DNA of 64,000 nucleotides from an uncultured Oscillospiraceae bacterium (GTDB lineage Bacteria; Bacillota; Clostridia; Oscillospirales; Oscillospiraceae): NCBI GenBank assembly GCA_947627715.1, contig CANQXK010000006.1, positions 17,355 to 81,354 of the forward strand, read 5' to 3'. Shown piece by piece: positions 58,729 to 64,000 of this stretch (position 1 is its first letter; each line of letters starts with the position of its first letter). The notes under the pieces were generated by a model. It saw only the letters and a program-made list of their open reading frames with translations, ran no database searches and was not told where the DNA came from. The position numbers and the translations under genes were made by a program.

Positions 58729-61287
58729 TTATTTGCGGAGAAGCCCGTTGATGACGCTCAAAAGGCGCTCCACGCTGATGGGCTTGGGGACGTGATCGTT
58801 CATCCCCGCCTCCAACGCGGCCCTCCTGTCCTCCTCAAAGGCGTTGGCCGTCATGGCGACGATGGGGATGTTGGCCACAGCCGGGTCCGAAAGGCCCCGG
58901 ATGGCCTTGGCGGCCTCGTAGCCGTTCATCACGGGCATCTGGATGTCCATGAGGATGAGGGCGTACTGTCCCGGCTGGGAGGTCTCCACCTTGCTGACGG
59001 CCTCGGTGCCGTCCCCGGCGGTGTCCACCTCAAAGCCCGACTCCGTCAAAAGCTCCTGGGCGATCTCCCGGTTCAGCTCGTTGTCCTCCACTAAGAGGAT
59101 CCGCGCCCCCTGCCTGTCCCCGGCGGCCCTCCAGTCCGCGCCGGAGCGAACGGGGGCGAGGTCTGCCCGCCCGATGGCGGCGGCGAGGGTGTCCCGCAGC
59201 TCGGAGAGGAAGATGGGCTTTGCGCAGAAGGCCGTGACGCCGGCCTTACGGGCCTCGTCCTCTATGGCCGTCAGGTCATAGGCGGTGACCACGATAATGG
59301 GCACCTCGCTCCCCGCCAGGGCGCGGACCTGGCGCACCACCTCAAGCCCTGAGAGGTCCGGCAAGGCCCAGTCGATGATGTAGGCGTAGAACCTGTCCCC
59401 CATCTCCACGGCCTGCCTGGCGCGGAGGACGGCCTCCTTGCCGTGAAGCGTCCACTCGGCGCGCATCCCGATCTGCGTCAGCATCTTGGTGACGGAGTCG
59501 CAGGTGGAGAAGCTGTCGTCCACCACCAGCGCCCGCAGCCCCAAAAGCTCCCGGATGGATTCCACCTTTTTGGAGCCGGAGCAGAGGCGGAAATCCAGAT
59601 CGATGATAAATTCCGTCCCCTTCCCCTGCTCGCTGATGACCTGGATGGTGCCGCCCATGGCGTCCACGATGGACTTGGTGATAGCCATGCCCAGGCCCGT
59701 CCCCTGGATGCCGGAGACGGTGGAGTTGCGCTCCCGCTCAAAAGGCTCGAAGATGTGCTGGGCAAACTCGCGGCTCATGCCGATGCCGGTGTCCTTCACC
59801 CGGATCTCATAGGAGCCGTACCCCTTGGGCGCGCCGGGCTTCTGCCGGATGGTCAGGGACACCGAACCCCCCGCGGGGGTGAACTTGATGGCGTTGGACA
59901 GGAGATTCAGAAGCACCTGATTGACGTGGAGCTTGTCGCACCAAATCTCCTCGTCGATAACGTCCACCGTGTCCATGAAGAAGTTGAGCTGCTTTGCGTG
60001 CATCTGGGTCTGGATGATGTTGCGCATATCCCGGAAGATGTCGGAGATGGCGCACTCCTTCTCCTCGATGTTCAGCTTCCCGGACTCGATGCGGCTCATA
60101 TCCAGCACGTCGTTGATGAGGCTCAAAAGGTGGTTGGAGGAGGACATGATCTTCCGCAGGTACTCCTGGACCCTGTCGGGGTTGTCGATGTTGGCCTCCG
60201 CCAGGGTGGTAAAGCCGATGATGGCGTTCATGGGCGTTCGGATGTCGTGGGACATATTGCTGAGGAACGTGGTCTTGGCCCGCTCGGCGGCCTCCGCCTT
60301 GTGGAGCTTCTCCTCCAGCACGGCCCTCTCCACCGCGTAGGCGGTGTTCCGCCGTGCCTGACGGCGGATCATCACGTAATACGCCGCGAAGGCGACGGTC
60401 AAAATGACGCCCAGCAGGATGCAGATACTGCGCACGGAGTAGACGCTGGCAAACGCCTCCCGCTCCGGCACGGAGACGGCGATGGACCACTGGTTGATCC
60501 CCGCCGGGGCGTAGTACATATACTCCCACCCGTCCGTGTTGTCCGTGCGGAACACCACATAGCCCGTGCCGGAGTTCAAAAGGTCCTCGATGTACTCCTC
60601 CCAGGTCTGATTCCCCTTGGAGCGCCAGCCCTGGTCGTAGTCCCGGACGTTCCCCAGTTCCTCGTGCCACGTGTCCATAAGGAGATCCCCGTTGCGGGTG
60701 TCGATCATGTAGACGTTGGCGGAGGCGTTGTAGATGTTGTCGATGTTGATGGTCCCCGGCAGGTCCTCTAAAAGCGTCACGCCGTAAAGGAGCGCCGCTG
60801 TCTCGCCGTCCTGCACGATGGGGACAAAGTGCCGCAGAACGGGCATCCCGTTGTTGACGCTGTCCACCCGGTTGGACACGTGCTCGCCCAAAGGGGCCTC
60901 CGCGTCAAAGCTCAGCTCGTCGTTGTTGGAGACGTCGGTGATCCCGCCGTCGGCGGTGAGGATCCGATCCCCCGGCAGCAGGAGGCGGATGCGCATGGTC
61001 TCCAAAAGCGGCCCCACGCTCCTCATGGTCTCCAGGGTCTCTTCCTCGTCGAAGTTGTCCGCGGAGGAGATGATGTCCGCCGTGGCGTTCAGGATCCGGC
61101 TGTCCCGCGCAAGCTTTGCGCGGACCTCGGTGATAACGGTGTTGACGCCCTCCTCCATCCGGCCCAGAGAGCGCCTTTTGATGTTCGTGCTGATCAGTAC
61201 ATACGCGGTCACCAGGAGGACCGCCATTGCGGCGATGAGCACGATGGTGGCTGCGGTGCTTCTCTCCCAGGAAGCTTTTTTCTTCAT
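58729..61287 (-). CDS. Hybrid sensor histidine kinase (extracytoplasmic Cache-like domain, HisKA, HATPase_c, two receiver domains)
   Basis: MKKKASWERSTAATIVLIAAMAVLL forms the N-terminal anchor. The H-box is MSHDIRTPMNAIIGF and the G-box is GTGLGMAITKSIVDAMGG. REC1 reads LVVDDS...IIDWALPD and REC2 reads ILLVEDN...ILMDIQMP. The ATG at 61287 has a GAGAGGAA RBS; an alternative GTG at 61329 overlaps the Hpt stop. Confidence 0.88.
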   Translation of the reverse strand: MKKKASWERSTAATIVLIAAMAVLLVTAYVLISTNIKRRSLGRMEEGVNTVITEVRAKLARDSRILNATADIISSADNFDEEETLETMRSVGPLLETMRIRLLLPGDRILTADGGITDVSNNDELSFDAEAPLGEHVSNRVDSVNNGMPVLRHFVPIVQDGETAALLYGVTLLEDLPGTINIDNIYNASANVYMIDTRNGDLLMDTWHEELGNVRDYDQGWRSKGNQTWEEYIEDLLNSGTGYVVFRTDNTDGWEYMYYAPAGINQWSIAVSVPEREAFASVYSVRSICILLGVILTVAFAAYYVMIRRQARRNTAYAVERAVLEEKLHKAEAAERAKTTFLSNMSHDIRTPMNAIIGFTTLAEANIDNPDRVQEYLRKIMSSSNHLLSLINDVLDMSRIESGKLNIEEKECAISDIFRDMRNIIQTQMHAKQLNFFMDTVDVIDEEIWCDKLHVNQVLLNLLSNAIKFTPAGGSVSLTIRQKPGAPKGYGSYEIRVKDTGIGMSREFAQHIFEPFERERNSTVSGIQGTGLGMAITKSIVDAMGGTIQVISEQGKGTEFIIDLDFRLCSGSKKVESIRELLGLRALVVDDSFSTCDSVTKMLTQIGMRAEWTLHGKEAVLRARQAVEMGDRFYAYIIDWALPDLSGLEVVRQVRALAGSEVPIIVVTAYDLTAIEDEARKAGVTAFCAKPIFLSELRDTLAAAIGRADLAPVRSGADWRAAGDRQGARILLVEDNELNREIAQELLTESGFEVDTAGDGTEAVSKVETSQPGQYALILMDIQMPVMNGYEAAKAIRGLSDPAVANIPIVAMTANAFEEDRRAALEAGMNDHVPKPISVERLLSVINGLLRK

Positions 61288-61325
61288 GGATCGTTCCTCT
61301 CTATCCGGCGCTTCGCGCCAAGCGG

Positions 61326-61688
61326 TCACACGTCAAGCTGGGATGCGAACTCCCTCACAGCGCCAACCGTGGCCTCATAATCCGCCCGCACCGTCTCAAA
61401 AAGCGCGGGGGCGGCCTCGCTCCAGCCGCTGCGCAGGGCCTCCGTAAGCTCGTGGGCGGACTGCCCCAGCTTCGTGAAGCTCAGGTTCTGGCACATACCC
61501 TTGATGGTGTGGGCGGCGCGGAACGCCTCCTCCCTGTTTTGGGCGGCCATCGCGCCGCAGAGCGCGTCGAAGCTCCCGTCCTCCGGGAACTTCAGCACAA
61601 ATTTCTGGACGAGCCTCTCGCTTCTGAGGCGTGAGATCACCTCGTCATAATCCCCGCCAAGGGCGGCGTAGCACTCGCGCAGTGTCAT
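61326..61688 (-). CDS. Hpt (histidine phosphotransfer) domain protein
   Basis: 120 aa, with the AHTIKGMCQNL motif (phospho-accepting His). Both ends overlap the neighbouring genes. Confidence 0.8.
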   Translation of the reverse strand: MTLRECYAALGGDYDEVISRLRSERLVQKFVLKFPEDGSFDALCGAMAAQNREEAFRAAHTIKGMCQNLSFTKLGQSAHELTEALRSGWSEAAPALFETVRADYEATVGAVREFASQLDV

Positions 61689-63814
61689 ATGCTTTCTCCT
61701 TTCTCTCCGGCGGGTTCTTCGTAGAAGCGAAACTGGTCCTTCCCGGCCTCCTTCGCCTCGTAGAGCGCCAGATCTGCGGCGTGGTAAAGCCCCTCGTAGG
61801 TAAGCCCTGAGGCCTCGCCCCGCGCCACCCCCATGGAGACGGTGATGCGGCGGCCCTCAAGCTCAAAGCGCAGGTTGTTGAAGATACGCTCCACCGTGCG
61901 CTCGATGTCCGTATTGTACTCCAGGAACAGGAAGAACTCCTCCCCGCCGGCGCGGCAGCAGACGTCCGAGCTTCGCACCGAATGTCTCATGCGGGCGGCC
62001 AGCTCCTGCAAAACGCGGTCGCCGAAGATATGCCCGCGCTCGTCGTTGACGCGCTTGAAGTTGTCGATGTCGATCTCCGCCAGGGCGAAATGCCCGTTCG
62101 GGTGGACCAGGAGCCTGTTCTCGATCTGTTCCCGCGCGCTGGAGCGGTTGAGCAGGCCCGTCAGCGGGTCCAGGGACGCCTTCTTTTCAAGCTCGGAAAG
62201 GCGCATCTTCTCCTCGTGGATGTCGATGGCCTTGCCCAGAAGCCCCGCGTAGCGCGGCGGCATATCGCTCGTCCAGACGGAGCGGGTGATGACGCGGAAC
62301 CACCGATTCTCCCCGTTGATATGGACGATAAGCTCCATGGAGGAGTCGGGTTCGTCCGGGGTGGACCGATGTTGGTTGGCGATGATCTCGTCCAGCGCCC
62401 CCTGCCCCACGATGCTCAGGAGCTTTTCGTTGTGCTGGGGGTCCATGAAGATCTCCTCCAGCCCCAGCATCCGGGAGCCGTAGGCCGACAGCGTCACCAT
62501 GCTGGGCGACGCGGTGTACTCGAACTGGATTTCCTCGCTCATGGCGGCGAAGAAGCGGTACTTCATCCGCTCGTAATCCAGCAGTCTCAGCGTCCGCTCG
62601 GAGACCGCCCCGCCCTCGCCGCGCAGCGCCTCCTCGGAGATACTGCGGAGGTTCCGCTGCTGGATCTGCTCGGCGGTGTCCCCGGTGAGCGCGGTGCGGA
62701 TCTTCTCGGCGTTCTCGGTGAGGCACTCCAGCAGCAGGGGGTTGAACTGGCCGCATTGGCCGTCCAGGATCATCTGCAGCGCCTCCTCGTGGGGGATGGC
62801 CGGCTTATAGACACGGGGGCTTGTCAGCGCGTCGTACACGTCCGCCAGGCTCACCACCTGGGCGGAAATGGGGATGTCGTCGCCCTTCAGCCCGTCGGGG
62901 TAGCCGCGCCCGTCCCACCGCTCATGGTGCCAGCGGCAGATCTCATACGCTACCTTGACCAGGTCCTCCCCGTTCTGAACAGGGAGGCTCGCCAGCATAT
63001 CGGCCCCGGCGGTGGTGTGGGTCTTCATCAGCTCATCGTATTCCTCGTCCGTTATCCAGCCGGGGACAGCCGCCTGGAGCATCTCCGCGCCCACCGTAGT
63101 GTGGGTCTTCATAACGGAAAATTCCTCGCTGGTCAGCCGGCCGGGCTTGTTGAGGATGGCCCCGTCAATGGCGATCTTCCCCACGTCGTGGAGGGCGGAG
63201 GCGGTGGAGATAAGGGAGATGTCCCTCGGCGACAGGTTGTATCGGTCCGTCCTGGCGCAGATGAGGTCCAGAAGCATGGCCGTCAGCGTCCGCACGTGGA
63301 GGATGTGCAGGCCGCTCTCGCCGTTGCGGAACTCCACGATGTGGGAGAGGATGTCGATCATCAGGGAGCTTCTCTGCTCCGTCTCGTAGATTTGGTCCTC
63401 CACCATGCCGATAAGGCGCTTCTGCTTGGCGTACAAAAGGATGGTGTTCACCACGCGCCGCCGGACCACCAGCGCGTCAAAGGGCCGGTTGATGAAATCC
63501 GTGACGCCCAGCTCGTAGGCCCGTTCCACCTGCCGGGAGCCGGACTCGGCGGAGACCATGATCACCGGCACGTCCACGATCCAGCCGTTTTGGTTCATGG
63601 CGCTGAGGACCCCGAAGCCGTCAAGCCGGGGCATGACGATGTCCAGCAGCACAAGGCTCAGCTCGGAATATTGCTTACTGAGGATGCTCACCGCCTGGAC
63701 GCCGTCCTCGGCCTCCAAAATGTCATACTCCTCCCCCAGCATATCCGCCAGAATGGAGCGGTTCATCTCGGAGTCGTCTACGATCAGTATTTTCTGCTTG
63801 TTTTTTTCTGCCAT
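61685..63814 (-). CDS. Response regulator with receiver, HD-GYP and GGDEF domains (c-di-GMP turnover)
   Basis: The REC domain reads KILIVDDSEMN...LLDIVMPRLDG. The HD-GYP domain reads ALHDVGKI...HHERWDGRGYPDGL. The GGDEF domain reads RAGGEEFFLFL. Confidence 0.88.
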   Translation of the reverse strand: MAEKNKQKILIVDDSEMNRSILADMLGEEYDILEAEDGVQAVSILSKQYSELSLVLLDIVMPRLDGFGVLSAMNQNGWIVDVPVIMVSAESGSRQVERAYELGVTDFINRPFDALVVRRRVVNTILLYAKQKRLIGMVEDQIYETEQRSSLMIDILSHIVEFRNGESGLHILHVRTLTAMLLDLICARTDRYNLSPRDISLISTASALHDVGKIAIDGAILNKPGRLTSEEFSVMKTHTTVGAEMLQAAVPGWITDEEYDELMKTHTTAGADMLASLPVQNGEDLVKVAYEICRWHHERWDGRGYPDGLKGDDIPISAQVVSLADVYDALTSPRVYKPAIPHEEALQMILDGQCGQFNPLLLECLTENAEKIRTALTGDTAEQIQQRNLRSISEEALRGEGGAVSERTLRLLDYERMKYRFFAAMSEEIQFEYTASPSMVTLSAYGSRMLGLEEIFMDPQHNEKLLSIVGQGALDEIIANQHRSTPDEPDSSMELIVHINGENRWFRVITRSVWTSDMPPRYAGLLGKAIDIHEEKMRLSELEKKASLDPLTGLLNRSSAREQIENRLLVHPNGHFALAEIDIDNFKRVNDERGHIFGDRVLQELAARMRHSVRSSDVCCRAGGEEFFLFLEYNTDIERTVERIFNNLRFELEGRRITVSMGVARGEASGLTYEGLYHAADLALYEAKEAGKDQFRFYEEPAGEKGESI

Positions 63815-63874
63815 GGTATGCCTTTCCCTTTAAACAGCTTTACCCTCCCCGCAGGGAGGGTGGCTGAAATATGA

Positions 63875-64000
63875 TTATATCCCGTTCAGCGGCTTGACGG
63901 TCACGCTTCCGTTCCACAGCTCTTTTCCGCCGCTGTTTGCAACAGTCACGGAAATTTCAATATTGCCGCTGCTGTCTTGTTCCATTTTGAACTTGCCCAC
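63875..64000 (-). CDS. 3' end of an unidentified gene (N-terminus beyond the window)
   Basis: The reverse strand reads ...VGKFKMEQDSSGNIEISVTVANSGGKELWNGSVTVKPLNGI*, with the stop at 63875-63877. The hairpin CCCTCC-CCGCA-GGAGGG (63844-63860) lies downstream. Confidence 0.5.
   Translation of the reverse strand: MGKFKMEQDSSGNIEISVTVANSGGKELWNGSVTVKPLNGI

Overview
High-GC (about 60-65% by eye) Clostridia-type chromosomal segment. The taxon is inferred from SLH-anchored giant proteins, codon usage and AGGAGG-type ribosome-binding sites. The window has three parts.

(1) 1-24 kb is a surface-structure locus, entirely on the minus strand. It holds a prepilin-like gene (partial, missing from the ORF track), a small serine recombinase and two giant SLH-anchored GLUG-domain surface proteins (3616 and 3318 aa). 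A VapC/Phd-type toxin-antitoxin pair sits between the two giant genes. Next to the recombinase, a consensus promoter is bracketed by two hix/gix-like dyad sites whose 2-bp cores are reverse complements (AC vs GT). I read this as a candidate invertible promoter switch. The second giant gene has a MerR-style promoter (19-bp spacer filled by a perfect dyad). Its divergent MerR gene is cut down to a 34-codon stub.

(2) 24-47.8 kb is a mosaic of mobile and decayed DNA:
- a tyrosine-integrase pseudogene abutting a truncated LytTR regulator and an orphaned AgrC-like kinase;
- an IS3 remnant and a full IS3-family element;
- an AT-rich module with a TNT-like toxin gene, followed by a chimeric ORF whose body is GC-rich ribosomal protein uL1;
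- a large serine recombinase;
- a ~14.3 kb island integrated into tRNA-Thr(CGU), with a perfect 46-bp att duplication.

The island carries an OmpR/HisKA two-component system, an ABC-2 exporter, a lipoprotein and an amidase. It also holds a nested ~30% GC cassette flanked by ~84-bp direct repeats. That cassette encodes a translationally coupled GAF-like protein and radical-SAM enzyme plus a small membrane protein. This is my best candidate for an undescribed system.

(3) 47.9-64 kb is mostly housekeeping and regulatory: metY-cysK, rubredoxin (missing from the ORF track) plus a multidomain flavodiiron protein, BlaI/BlaR1-like genes with a 28-bp palindromic operator, tandem RadC paralogues, and a hybrid-kinase/Hpt/REC-HD-GYP-GGDEF phosphorelay operon.

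No CRISPR array or rRNA was seen. All calls come from reading the sequence and recognising motifs from memory. No database search was run.
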